Assembly (NCBI GenBank): GCA_964607485.1
Contig: CAZSKP010000002.1
Span: forward strand, 11,907 to 75,906
Direction of reading: 5' to 3'
Source of the DNA: an uncultured bacterium
GTDB taxonomy: Bacteria; Abyssobacteria; SURF-5
DNA length: 64,000 nucleotides
This document shows, in pieces, positions 39,294 to 49,044 of the stretch. Within the stretch, counting starts at the first letter, position 1. The number at the start of each line of letters is the position of its first letter. The notes below the pieces were generated by a model that had not been told where the DNA came from, did no database searches, and worked only from the letters and a program-made list of their open reading frames with translations. The position numbers and the translations under genes were made by a program.

Positions 39294-39815
39294 TTATCCG
39301 ATTTTCCGGATTGGATCTGTGCCGTCCCAGTTCTCCGCAGCCTTGCGGACATATTCGAAAAAATCCCCTTTCGGGCCGCTGACGTCAGAAAGCTCAATCA
39401 CCGTGCCGGGATGCATTTCCGTATCAAAATAGACGAAGCGGCCTCCGGCGGTGAGCCCTTCGTGCCCAACTTTGAATCCCTGGGCAATCAGACGGTCATA
39501 GTCCTCCTGGTAGGACGTGGTCCAATAAGACATATGATGCAGCCCTTCGCAGCCTGATCTCAGAAAATCGCGGTACATGGAGGGCACATCGTTGCGCTGC
39601 TGGATGAGTTCAATCTGCAGATCTCCCGTATTTGCCAGTGCAATGCTCATTTCCAGGTCGAACGGTTCCCCGTGATAGCGGAAATACTCGAGGTGCACAC
39701 GTTCCGAATAGAAGAATGGCCCGATGCCTAAGACTTCGGTCCAATGCTTCAGCGCTGCCTCGATATCACGCACCACATAACCGTTCTGACAGACTTTTCC
39801 AAAAAAACGGCTCAT
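39294..39815 (-). CDS. VOC/glyoxalase family protein
   Basis: QNGYVVRDIE, QIELIQ, GLHH, YFDT, IEL. Confidence 0.88.
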   Translation of the reverse strand: MSRFFGKVCQNGYVVRDIEAALKHWTEVLGIGPFFYSERVHLEYFRYHGEPFDLEMSIALANTGDLQIELIQQRNDVPSMYRDFLRSGCEGLHHMSYWTTSYQEDYDRLIAQGFKVGHEGLTAGGRFVYFDTEMHPGTVIELSDVSGPKGDFFEYVRKAAENWDGTDPIRKIG

Positions 39816-39872
39816 AATCTCTTTGTCCTTTTGTTAGTATTCCTCGGCGGCGTGGTCGTTCTTGGGTTCAGC

Positions 39873-40670
39873 TCAACCTTTTAGTGATTGCCCGCCGTCA
39901 ACGATGATGGCTGTGCCGGTTATGAATTTTGCCTCGTCCGACGCCAGAAAGAGCGCCGCGTAGGCAACGTCCCATGCATCCCCCATGTGGTTCATCGGAA
40001 CGGCCGATTCGCGCATGCGGATCAAGTCGGCTCTATCCATTCCCGTCCGGTCCAGAATAGCCTCGATCGCCATAGGAGTGTTGATGAACCCGGGCATGAT
40101 GCAATTGCAGCGAACGCCCTGGTGCGCGTACTGCATCGCGATATCGCGTGTGAGACCATTCACGCCCGCCTTTGACGCGGAATATGCCACATATGGATAG
40201 GGCACGCAGCGGATCGCCGCCAAAGACGAGATGTTCACGATGGCGCCGCTTCCCTGCTTCTGCATGTAAGGAAGCACGTGTTTGCACGTGAGAAACATGC
40301 CCTTGAGGTTCGTTCCGACGACCTTGTCCCAATCTTCTTCGCTTAACTCGACCGGGCCGCCTCCCTCGCCTATGCCGACGTTGTTATGGAGGATGTCAAC
40401 TCTGCCGTAGGTCTCGGCGCATTTGTCCGCCATCCGTTTGCAGTCAGACGACTTTGTTATGTCGGCGCCGAATGCAAATGATTCGCCACCCTCATCATCG
40501 ATTAACTTCTTCGTTTCCATGGCCGACTCGAGCCTGTTGTCCACCAGCATCACCTTTGCGCCCTCACGCGCGAACAGGATTGCCGTCGCCCTGCCGTTGC
40601 CCATGGTCTCACCCGGTGTTGAACCTGCGCCTACTACGATTGCCACTTTGTCTTTCAAACGGTCGCTCAT
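39873..40670 (-). CDS. Short-chain dehydrogenase/reductase
   Basis: GAG...GNGRA, NNVG, YSASK, IMPG, VDGG; start MSDRLKDK. Confidence 0.92.
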   Translation of the reverse strand: MSDRLKDKVAIVVGAGSTPGETMGNGRATAILFAREGAKVMLVDNRLESAMETKKLIDDEGGESFAFGADITKSSDCKRMADKCAETYGRVDILHNNVGIGEGGGPVELSEEDWDKVVGTNLKGMFLTCKHVLPYMQKQGSGAIVNISSLAAIRCVPYPYVAYSASKAGVNGLTRDIAMQYAHQGVRCNCIMPGFINTPMAIEAILDRTGMDRADLIRMRESAVPMNHMGDAWDVAYAALFLASDEAKFITGTAIIVDGGQSLKG

Positions 40671-40747
40671 TGTGCATCTCCTTGGGATGATAGGCATCTG
40701 CAATTAACCGGATATTTCCGGCACGGAGAAGCCTTGTACCCAAAGCG

Positions 40748-41137
40748 TTAGCGGCTCTTCTGCTCTTCAAATTCTTCGATTGCTTCTTTGGCCACCTTCA
40801 GGGCTTCGATGGCCGCGGGGAACCCTCCATAGATGGCCACCTGCACAATCGCCTCTCCAACCTCCTCCTTCGTCGCGCCGGCCTGCAGGGCGTACAGGAT
40901 ATGGCTGCGAAGCTGCACCGGCCGGTATAACACCGTGAGCGCCGCTATGGCGCACAGTTGCCGGGTCTTCCAAGGGATCACGCTTCGCGAGTACAGCTTG
41001 CCGAGCACGAAGTTGCCGATCTCGGCGGCAAGTTCGGGATCGAAGAACGTCATCAGTTCCTGAAGATTCGCCACGCGCCCTTCGTTCATCCGCTCCTTCG
41101 CGGTCTCCCGCGCAACCTCATCGATTTTGTCTTCCAT
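40748..41137 (-). CDS. Carboxymuconolactone decarboxylase (CMD) family protein
   Basis: LYSR...KTRQL...QLRSH..ALQAG...YGGFPAA. Confidence 0.88.
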   Translation of the reverse strand: MEDKIDEVARETAKERMNEGRVANLQELMTFFDPELAAEIGNFVLGKLYSRSVIPWKTRQLCAIAALTVLYRPVQLRSHILYALQAGATKEEVGEAIVQVAIYGGFPAAIEALKVAKEAIEEFEEQKSR

Positions 41138-41198
41138 TAATAACTCCTTTGTCCATTCATTAATCTGATTCCGCCAACATTCTCAATGCAAGTCATGC

Positions 41199-41639
41199 TT
41201 AGTCTCCCATGGGGAGTTGAAACAATTCGACGACCACTCCATCGGGTCCATACATTGTGATTGCTTTTGCGAGTCCTGTATCCTGCGGGGGACATATGAA
41301 CTCGACCCCTTTTGCGCTCAGTTCCTGATAGGCGGCCTCGACGTCATCGACCAAAAACGCGAGATGGTGGATCGCATGGTCATAAGGCCTCAACTTCTTC
41401 GCAACGTTTTCGCCGCGAGGGTTCTTGAATTCAAGAAGATTCAGGCGCGCCCCCTTGCCTAAGAAGAGCACGTAGCGCATCTTGATTTCCTTCAGGCCGA
41501 ACATGGCCTGAATAGTGGGGTCGTTCTCCAATTCCATATCCATCATCACTTCGAGCCCCAGCAGGCCGCAGTAGAAATCCAGCGCCTTTTCCATGTCGCT
41601 CACGCTGATCGCAATGTGCTGCACTTCGCCGATCTTCAT
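41199..41639 (-). CDS. VOC/glyoxalase family protein
   Basis: HIAISVSDMEKALDFY, HHLAFLVDD, GPDG..VELFQ. Confidence 0.9.
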   Translation of the reverse strand: MKIGEVQHIAISVSDMEKALDFYCGLLGLEVMMDMELENDPTIQAMFGLKEIKMRYVLFLGKGARLNLLEFKNPRGENVAKKLRPYDHAIHHLAFLVDDVEAAYQELSAKGVEFICPPQDTGLAKAITMYGPDGVVVELFQLPMGD

Positions 41640-41655
41640 CTTTGGCTCCTTTCTG

Positions 41656-42651
41656 CTACGGAATCTCCATCACAAGCTTGACCTCGTCATTCGGGCCACA
41701 GAGCCGCTCAAAGGCTTCCGGCAGCTCGGTCTGAGAAACCGTTCGGCTTATTATCGGATTCACATCTACCTTTCCGCTGCTCACAAGTTCAATGCAATGG
41801 CGGAACTCCTCCATATCGCATCCATATGAGGTTTCAAAACATATTTCGCGCACAAGCAGAAGCGCCGGGTTTATGTTGATATTCTCCAGACAAGCGGCCA
41901 ATAGCAGCACCCTGCCGGCAAAGCCAACCATATTGAATGCCTCTTCCAGCACTCGAGGCTGTCCCGAACATTCCACGAGGGCGTCAACGCATGGATCGAG
42001 CTCTTCTCGTGAGATTTCAGCGAGGTCCTCCTCGACAGGGTCCACAACGCGGTCTGCCCATCGTTTTGCCGTTTCCCTTCGTCGACTCGATGGTTCGCTC
42101 ATCACAAGCCTGCGAACGCCCGCGTCCCTGAGCAGTGCCGCGACGAAGAGCCCGATCGGTCCGGCGCCAGTCACCACAACACCGTCGCCTTTGCCGATGT
42201 GCGCGCGCCGGATGCCGTGAAGGCTTACACCCATGGGCTCCAGCACAGCCGCCTGTTTGAATGTAAGATTGTCGGGAATCCGCGCGAGCATGCCCTCTTT
42301 TGCCGCCACATATTCAGAGAATCCGCCTCTCACGTCCAAGCGGGTCGGACAAATATGATGCCGTCCACGCCGACACCAGTGACATTGGCCGCACGGAATC
42401 CGGCCGAGAATCGCCACCCTGTCACCGATACGGAAACCTTCGATCTGTTTGCCGACCTCCACGATTGTTCCCACGCTCTCATGGCCCATCCTTACGTTCG
42501 GGCTGAGCGAGCCGTGTTTATACAGATGTAAGTCTGTCCCGCAGATACCGCACGCCGCCACCTTGATCAGCGCCTCATCGGGCCCTATGTGCGGCTCAGG
42601 TGCTTCTTCGACCACCAGCTCATGAGCATTCTTGAGCACTATTGCTTTCAT
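41656..42651 (-). CDS. Zinc-dependent (MDR) dehydrogenase
   Basis: GICGTD, GHE, CGQCHWC-x7-C, GAGPIG. Confidence 0.92.
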   Translation of the reverse strand: MKAIVLKNAHELVVEEAPEPHIGPDEALIKVAACGICGTDLHLYKHGSLSPNVRMGHESVGTIVEVGKQIEGFRIGDRVAILGRIPCGQCHWCRRGRHHICPTRLDVRGGFSEYVAAKEGMLARIPDNLTFKQAAVLEPMGVSLHGIRRAHIGKGDGVVVTGAGPIGLFVAALLRDAGVRRLVMSEPSSRRRETAKRWADRVVDPVEEDLAEISREELDPCVDALVECSGQPRVLEEAFNMVGFAGRVLLLAACLENININPALLLVREICFETSYGCDMEEFRHCIELVSSGKVDVNPIISRTVSQTELPEAFERLCGPNDEVKLVMEIP

Positions 42652-42760
42652 GATAAAGCTCCCGCTTCTTCATTATTGTTTCTGTTGCGCCGGTCATCGT
42701 TTCTCGCGCCTGTCGAGTGAGAATCCGACCGCAGAATTTGGGCACGTCCAACCCGCCGGC

Positions 42761-43468
42761 TTATTCGGCCGCTAACGCCCCTATCGCGTCGCGGTGGATG
42801 TTAATGCCGTGGATGCAGTAGCATTTGCCGCACTTGGCGCAGGCGGCGACCCCAAGGTCTCTTGCCTGCTCGCGCCTGTCAATCACGTTGAGAGGATGGA
42901 GGTGCAACTGCGCCAGCTTCACGAACACATAGGGGCCGGCGAACGGGTTCTTCTCGAAGTCATAGTTCGGGCAGGTCGAGTTGCAGGCGAGGCATTCAAC
43001 ACAGTGGAGCAGTTTCTTGTGAGTCTCCGACTCACAAATTACCTGTGGCTCCGAAAGGTTTTTCTGTTCGGGTATGTAGATCTGCAGTTCGCGAAGCGCA
43101 TTGAAAAACGCCACCCGGTCGACCACAAGGTCGCGGACGACGGGCATTCGGGCGAGCGGCGCGATTTTCATCTTGTCTTTCGCCTCGGTGAAGCATGCCA
43201 TTCTTGGCCGACCGTTCACCTCGACCGTGCAGAGCCCGCATTTGTTGAACCGGCAGCCGAACCGAAACGCCAGCGTTGAGTCGTCATTCTCGTAAATATG
43301 CATCAGCGCTTCCATCACGCTCGTGCGTTCACCGGCCGGCACGGCGTAATCAACCCACTTTGGCTCGACATCCGTCTCCGGGTTGTATCTCCTTATCGAA
43401 ATCGTCATGTTCATCGTTGCTTCTCCATGGCGGTGGATTTTCGCGTTGCCTCGCTTGTGTTTCGTCAT
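42761..43468 (-). CDS. SdhB/FrdB-like iron-sulfur subunit
   Basis: 2Fe-2S CRFNKCGLC...AC; CVECLACNSTCP; variant third cluster CAKCGKCYC; ATGA overlap with the flavoprotein gene. Confidence 0.88.
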   Translation of the reverse strand: MTKHKRGNAKIHRHGEATMNMTISIRRYNPETDVEPKWVDYAVPAGERTSVMEALMHIYENDDSTLAFRFGCRFNKCGLCTVEVNGRPRMACFTEAKDKMKIAPLARMPVVRDLVVDRVAFFNALRELQIYIPEQKNLSEPQVICESETHKKLLHCVECLACNSTCPNYDFEKNPFAGPYVFVKLAQLHLHPLNVIDRREQARDLGVAACAKCGKCYCIHGINIHRDAIGALAAE

Positions 43469-45144
43469 GAGCCCACCTCCACGCGACGAATTTCGCTCAT
43501 GCCGTCCTTCATCGTAACGACCATGTTCTCTACCGGAGACTTATCGTCGCGTTCCGGAAAATCCGAACGCACGTGCGCGCCCCGTGACTCCGCACGCTCA
43601 AGAGCCGACAACACGATCGCGTCGGCGGTGGCAAGCATATGAGACAGCTCGATTGCGTCGACAACTTCGCTATTGTGGGGTTTGGGTCCTGAAATTCTCA
43701 AGTCGGCCGCCTGTTTCTTTATGCTGCCTATTTCCTTAACCGCCTCTTCCAGACCATCCCGGTCGCGCAGCGGGCCGACCTTTTCCCACATTAACTTTTG
43801 GAGGGCTCGTTTCAAATGAACGGGGCGATGATTCCCCGATGCGCCAAAGAGCGAACGAACCTTTTCCAGAGCGTGCCGTGCCGTGGTTTCGTCCGCAATC
43901 CTGCGGTTGACGCTCTCTCTCGCGGCCGTCGTGCCCGCCCGTTTTCCGAACACGATTATCTCGGTGAGCGAGGTCGAGCCGAGCCGGTTGCCGCCCATCA
44001 CGCCGCCTTGCGCCTGTCCGCAGGCGTAAAGCCCAGGCGCGGCGCTCCGGCACCATTCATCCGTTTTCACTCCGCCCATATTGTAGTGAACCGTCGGCAG
44101 CACGTCCCACGGCTCCTGCAACTCGGCTGCTTTCTCTCCGTAAGCCCGCCGCACAATATCGAGGAAGACGCCGCCCACTCTTTTCATCAGCGCAAGCATG
44201 AATTCTCCCTCGGGCGCTTCCATGTTGGGCCTGAGGTCAAGGAGAAGCCCCCCGTGTTCGGTCGCGCCGCCGCGCCGGATTTCTTCCACTATAATCCGCG
44301 CGACCGCGGCTCGCGTCATGGGCATGATGTTCTCGAGCACAACATCTCCCTTGTTATTGAGCAATCGACCATGCGGGCCGGCCATAGCCGGTTCGCCGCA
44401 CGGAGCGCCGAGCATAGCGGGGGGATGCGTAATCGCAAACGGCAGGAATTGCACCTGCTCCATGTCCACGAGTTCCGCTCCGACGCGAAGGGCGAGCCCA
44501 AAACTGTCGCCCACTACGGCGGGCATGCAGTCAGTATGCGGATAATAGAGAGAGCCCGCTCCACCGGCGGCGATGATAGTGGCTTTTGCCAGCAAAGCTA
44601 TCGGTTCGCCCGAAATTTTCTGAACCGCCGCAGCCCCAACAACCTCACCGTCCCGAACGAGGAGTTCCGTGCAATATGTTTCCTCCAGAATCTCGACGTT
44701 TGCGCGAGCCGCCGCCGACCGCATCGCATGCCCCATCGATATGCCGACGGCCGGGCTTCCTATCGCGCGAGAACTCGTGTGTCCGCCGGGCGGAAACGAA
44801 AGCCTGTTCAAGACTCCGCCTTCGTCTCGCAAGAAGATATGGCCGAAGCCCTCGAACGTGATCGTCGCATCAAGCGCATCTCTCACGAGAGCCCGCACGA
44901 GCTTCGGGTCGTTCAGGCCTTCACCGCCCCGAATCATGTCATCCACGAACTGCTCTTCAGAGTCGCCGGTTGTCGTATCGGGCGACGTTGACATGACGCC
45001 GAGCGATATGCGCGTGTCGCCGTATCCGATCGGGTCCTTGGACACCATGACCACAGTCGCGCCCGTGCGAGCGGCTTCGACGGCGGCCGTCACGCCTGCC
45101 CCGCCGGACCCAATCACAAGCACATCTGATTTTCTTGCCTGCAT
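43465..45144 (-). CDS. SdhA/FrdA/NadB-family FAD flavoprotein (non-canonical active site)
   Basis: GSGGAG, HYNMGG, GGNRLGSTSL, ESRGAH.R.DFP; QFLP in place of QFHP. Confidence 0.9.
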   Translation of the reverse strand: MQARKSDVLVIGSGGAGVTAAVEAARTGATVVMVSKDPIGYGDTRISLGVMSTSPDTTTGDSEEQFVDDMIRGGEGLNDPKLVRALVRDALDATITFEGFGHIFLRDEGGVLNRLSFPPGGHTSSRAIGSPAVGISMGHAMRSAAARANVEILEETYCTELLVRDGEVVGAAAVQKISGEPIALLAKATIIAAGGAGSLYYPHTDCMPAVVGDSFGLALRVGAELVDMEQVQFLPFAITHPPAMLGAPCGEPAMAGPHGRLLNNKGDVVLENIMPMTRAAVARIIVEEIRRGGATEHGGLLLDLRPNMEAPEGEFMLALMKRVGGVFLDIVRRAYGEKAAELQEPWDVLPTVHYNMGGVKTDEWCRSAAPGLYACGQAQGGVMGGNRLGSTSLTEIIVFGKRAGTTAARESVNRRIADETTARHALEKVRSLFGASGNHRPVHLKRALQKLMWEKVGPLRDRDGLEEAVKEIGSIKKQAADLRISGPKPHNSEVVDAIELSHMLATADAIVLSALERAESRGAHVRSDFPERDDKSPVENMVVTMKDGMSEIRRVEVGS

Positions 45145-45327
45145 CTTCTCCGTCCTTTAGTGAAAGTCACGGAAAACTCACGCGAGAACTCCCTCTTGCC
45201 AACCTCGTTTTGCCGGCTCGATGTTCTCCAATCTCAATGTTCTTTCTTTGTCTTTCACCTCTTTCAACAAGAAACGAGAAACCCCGCGCCTTGCGCGGTG
45301 CCCTTTCCTCTTGCTCCTTCCCTCTTC

Positions 45328-45912
45328 TCACTTCCTTGCGGCGGACACGGCAGCGATAGCAGCGGCCGCAATTGTCTTGTCGTGTCCCTTGTTTTTCACC
45401 AGGTCCGGCGCGAAGCCGGGCGGCGCCAGCGACGCCAGAATCGGTCGAAGAATGCAGCCCAGGAAAACAGATGCAAGTATGCGCGAGTCACCTCCTCGAA
45501 CGACTCCCGACCGTTGTCCCTCCAGGATGAGCGATTCAATGGCGTCCACCGGATACCGTGTCTTCCTCGGCAGCTTCCACATATATTCGTCGACGTTGAG
45601 AAGAACAAATCTGAACGCGCTCGTCTCCTTACGATAGCTATCCAGCATCAGCGTGACAATATCCCGCAGCTTCTCGAGAGTGGGTCGACGCGAAACCGCG
45701 GCCGCCTCCATCTTGCTTACCAGCTTATTCAAGTAGTGCATGTGCAGAGACTTTGCAAGGTCTTCTTTCGACTCGAAATGCCGGTACAGCGCCGCCTCCG
45801 ATGTGCCGGAGGCGATTGCTATATCTTTGTTGCGCGCGCCATCATATCCTTTTTCGGCGAAGCAGCTCAATGCGGCCGACATAATCTTGTCCTTTTGACT
45901 GGGTCTTGGCAT
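45328..45912 (-). CDS. TetR-family regulator
   Basis: IMSAALSCFAEKGY...IAIASGTSEAALYRHFESKEDL. Confidence 0.92.
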   Translation of the reverse strand: MPRPSQKDKIMSAALSCFAEKGYDGARNKDIAIASGTSEAALYRHFESKEDLAKSLHMHYLNKLVSKMEAAAVSRRPTLEKLRDIVTLMLDSYRKETSAFRFVLLNVDEYMWKLPRKTRYPVDAIESLILEGQRSGVVRGGDSRILASVFLGCILRPILASLAPPGFAPDLVKNKGHDKTIAAAAIAAVSAARK

Positions 45913-45968
45913 TCACACCTCCCGGCCCGGGAGCATTCGTCCATTCCTGCCGTGCGTCGCGCCCCGGA

Positions 45969-46024
45969 TAAGTAAGTGACTAATAACTTACAATCATTAT
46001 ATTGCCAGTTGTTCATATTGTCAA
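45969..46024 (-). promoter_or_regulatory. Consensus sigma70 promoter of tetR with putative operator over +1
   Basis: TTGACA (46024-46019), 17-nt spacer, TATAAT (46001-45996); imperfect IR TAAGT...ACTTA at 45969-45990. Confidence 0.75.
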
Positions 46025-46037
46025 GTCATTCTCACGT

Positions 46038-46268
46038 GGAGTTTCCCCATTTTCCCCCGCGCATGTTTTCCATTCCGAAGCGATGTCATGCTGAGCGTCG
46101 CGAAGCATCTCGTTTTGCACCAACGCGATAGCAGATTCTTCGCTTCGCTCGGAATGGCGGTCTGCGACTGCGATCAGAGGTGGTAAAAGACTGTCATATT
46201 CAGAATCTCGTAGAAATTGGTGGTCAAAGACATTACAACTTTTGTGAACAAGTTCTTGGGGAAACTCC
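46038..46268. mobile_element. MITE-like element with 12-bp perfect terminal IR enclosing a TGTCATGCTGAG hairpin
   Basis: GGAGTTTCCCCA (46038-46049) / TGGGGAAACTCC (46257-46268); core repeat 46084-46158. Confidence 0.55.
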
Positions 46269-46373
46269 TCACTCTCATCTGAGATAATCGGGAAATAATC
46301 ACAACAGCCTTGTGGTGCCGACTATCCCTGTTGGCAACGCGATAGTAACGTCACGGCGACAGACTTTCTGCTC

Positions 46374-46415
46374 TTGACATTGGTACGAACATTATAATAT
46401 ACTTACCATTGTCAA
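46374..46415 (+). promoter_or_regulatory. Promoter and operator-like inverted repeat upstream of gntR
   Basis: TTGACA, 18-nt spacer, TATACT; bracketed by 12-bp IR TTGACATTGGTA / TACCATTGTCAA (1 mismatch). Confidence 0.65.
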
Positions 46416-46491
46416 TGATTTATTTGCTTCTCCTCGCGCTCTTCTGAAAACGGAATCTTGCTTGTATGTTTGCACGTATGGAGAAAAATCC

Positions 46492-47256
46492 ATGAAGCTC
46501 AAGAAAGGACCCATTCCCCTTTACTACCAACTTGAACGCGCCCTGCGCAAGCGCATTCTCTCTGAACGAAAGAACGGCGTGAAGGCTTTTCCCAATGAGC
46601 GTCAGTTGTGCGAGGAATATGGTGTCAGCCGCGCCACCGTCCGCCAGGCGCTCATGATTTTGGAGCGCGATCGCCTCCTCATCAGGAAACAGGGGCGCGG
46701 CACCTTCATTACGGAGGAGGATGGCAAAGGCGATCTCTTTGTTGCATATGGTTTCATGGATGACCTCTTTCTCTTCGGCTCAAAGACGACTCTGAAACTG
46801 CGCTCCCGGAAACTGGTGAAACCGGATGCGCAATTAATCGAAGATATGCGTTTGGATGAACATGATAACGTCTATTGTTTTGAAGGCATTCGGATCTTTC
46901 ATGAGATGCCACACAGCGGGCTGTTCCGGGCATGGCTGCCTTGGGAAATCGGGGAGAAGATAACGCTTGAGAATTTTAGCAGCCCCTTCCTGATTGGCGC
47001 CGTCGAAGATGCGGCATTGCAGCGGGTCACCAGGGCGCATCAGACAATGTCTGCTGCGGTGGCCACTTTAGAGCATGCCTCAGCCATGGGTATTGAAGTC
47101 GGTCATCCGATCCTGGTTCTCAAACGCATTTTTTTTACCGTCGCAGACAGAGCGGTCCAGGTATCCGAAACGCATTTACCCGGAGAGGCATACCGGCCGG
47201 TGACCATTCTGGAAAGAATGACACAGCAGGATTCTTCTCGTATTCATAAAAGATAG
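46492..47256 (+). CDS. GntR (HutC/UTRA-type) regulator
   Basis: PLYYQL, PNERQLCEEYGVSRATVRQAL, QGRGTF, C-terminal UTRA-like region. Confidence 0.92.
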   Translation: MKLKKGPIPLYYQLERALRKRILSERKNGVKAFPNERQLCEEYGVSRATVRQALMILERDRLLIRKQGRGTFITEEDGKGDLFVAYGFMDDLFLFGSKTTLKLRSRKLVKPDAQLIEDMRLDEHDNVYCFEGIRIFHEMPHSGLFRAWLPWEIGEKITLENFSSPFLIGAVEDAALQRVTRAHQTMSAAVATLEHASAMGIEVGHPILVLKRIFFTVADRAVQVSETHLPGEAYRPVTILERMTQQDSSRIHKR

Positions 47257-47266
47257 GAGAGGGGCG

Positions 47267-49015
47267 ATGAAGGAGCGAAGCGAAGAAATCAAGACACAAC
47301 AGGAGAAATGGAATGAGGCATGCGTGGCGAAGGCGCTCAAGAGGTTTCCGCTTCTGAGCGAGTGTCCGAGCCGATTCTATACTCCGCTTGACATGAAGGA
47401 GGATTTTGATTTCCTCGAGAAGGTTGGCTTCCCGGGGCAGTATCCCTTCACGGCGGGAGCGTACCCGTTCGACCCGATGGCGGGGCTGTCCAAATTCGCC
47501 GCCATCGCGCCGACCGGCGCAGCCACCACACGCGCGGCCCTCTATTCCGGCTACGGGAAACCGGAGGACACGCGCGACTACTATAAGAGCCTGCTCGAAC
47601 GCGGCGGCAAGCAGGGGCCGAACCTGGCGATGGACCTGCCGACGCAATGCGGATATGATTCAGACAATCCGCTGGTGGCGGGAGAGGTAGGCAAGGTGGG
47701 CGTTTCCATCGACACGCTGCGCGACCTCGAAGTCGTCTATGAGCCGTACCAAGGCGACCTGAACCTGGACCGCATCGCCTCGAACTTCACCATCAACGCG
47801 CCGGCCATTTATCTGGTCGCAATGTACGCGGCGCTGGCTGAAAATCGAGGTGTGCCTCTTGAGAAACTTCGGGCCACACCGCAAAACGACATTCTGAAGG
47901 AGTATATCGCTCGCGGCACGTACATCTTCCCCCCGAAGCCGGCCATGCGGCTGTTTCGCGATACTCTTGTTTTTATCAACCGGCACATGCCTCGTGTGAA
48001 CATTACCAGCATGGGCGGCTATCATATCCGAGAAGCGGGCGCGACGCGCACGCAGGACCTCGCCTACAGCATGGCGAACGCCATCGCCTACCTGCAGGAA
48101 GGCGTGAACGCAGGTCTCGACGTGGACTCTTTCGCGCCACGGTTCACGTTCAACGCGTTCGGCGGCAGCATGGAGTTTCTTCATGAGATCGCCTTCCAGC
48201 GCGCCGCCCGGCGCATGTACGGGAAAATCCTGAAGGAGCAATTCGAGGCGAAGGACCAGCGCAGCATGATCATCAGGCAGCCGATCACCGCGCACATCGG
48301 TCCCTCCGACACGACCATTCAGCGACCGCTTAATAACCTCTCCCGCGCCGTCATGGGCGCCATCATGGGCGCGCTTTCCGGCGGGACGGCCGCCCCGTTC
48401 CCGCCCTACGACGAGCCGCTCGGATTGGGCTGGAGCCTCGAAGCGCAGCAGCTCATGCAGGACGCCGGCCGGATACTCATCTGTGAGGCCAGACTGCTCG
48501 ATGTCGAAGACCCGTTCGCCGGCTCATATTGTATGGAGTCGTTGACCGACGAGACCGAGAGCGAGGCATGGGATGAACTCAAGAAGGTCGAAGAGCTCGG
48601 CGGCGCCGTCGCGGCCATCGAGAAAGGATACATGCAGAAACAGATCGCCAAGAGCGCCTATGAGCGACAAAAGGCCGTCAGTTCCGGCCAGAAATTGGTC
48701 GTCGGCGTCAATTGCTTTACCGGCGAGAACGAACTCGAGGTCGAGACGACCCGTCTGGTGCCGCATCCTTATGACCCGCAGCGGCGCGAGCGCGCTGAAG
48801 AAGAACAAATCGCCGCGCTCAAGCAAGTGAAGAGTAGCCGCAATAACGATGAAGTGAAGCGACTGCTGAAGGAACTGGAAGAACAGGCCCGGCAGGAAGA
48901 TGTCAATCTGACGCCGCACCTGGTAGAATGCGCGAAGGCCTATGTGTCGATTCAGGAAGTGTGCGACGTCCTGCGCTCGGTCTTCGGCGAGTATGAGTCC
49001 GCATCGATACTGTAG
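47267..49015 (+). CDS. B12-dependent mutase, large (substrate-binding) subunit, methylmalonyl-CoA mutase family, divergent
   Basis: GFPGQYPFT, DLPTQCGYDSD, GEVGKVGV, QNDILKEYIARGTY, GYHIREAG, DPFAGSY, VVGVN; no B12-binding domain. Confidence 0.9.
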   Translation: MKERSEEIKTQQEKWNEACVAKALKRFPLLSECPSRFYTPLDMKEDFDFLEKVGFPGQYPFTAGAYPFDPMAGLSKFAAIAPTGAATTRAALYSGYGKPEDTRDYYKSLLERGGKQGPNLAMDLPTQCGYDSDNPLVAGEVGKVGVSIDTLRDLEVVYEPYQGDLNLDRIASNFTINAPAIYLVAMYAALAENRGVPLEKLRATPQNDILKEYIARGTYIFPPKPAMRLFRDTLVFINRHMPRVNITSMGGYHIREAGATRTQDLAYSMANAIAYLQEGVNAGLDVDSFAPRFTFNAFGGSMEFLHEIAFQRAARRMYGKILKEQFEAKDQRSMIIRQPITAHIGPSDTTIQRPLNNLSRAVMGAIMGALSGGTAAPFPPYDEPLGLGWSLEAQQLMQDAGRILICEARLLDVEDPFAGSYCMESLTDETESEAWDELKKVEELGGAVAAIEKGYMQKQIAKSAYERQKAVSSGQKLVVGVNCFTGENELEVETTRLVPHPYDPQRRERAEEEQIAALKQVKSSRNNDEVKRLLKELEEQARQEDVNLTPHLVECAKAYVSIQEVCDVLRSVFGEYESASIL

Positions 49016-49044
49016 GATAAGTCCGAAGGAAATTCATTCCAATC

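Noticed and set aside
42761-45144. Calling these genes sdhA/sdhB or frdA/frdB
   Set aside because: Key His residues are missing and there is no membrane anchor, so gene symbols were withheld
46270-46490. Cobalamin riboswitch upstream of the mutase cluster
   Set aside because: No recognisable B12-box or conserved GGGAA/GCCACTG elements; the region is explained by a promoter and operator-like IR
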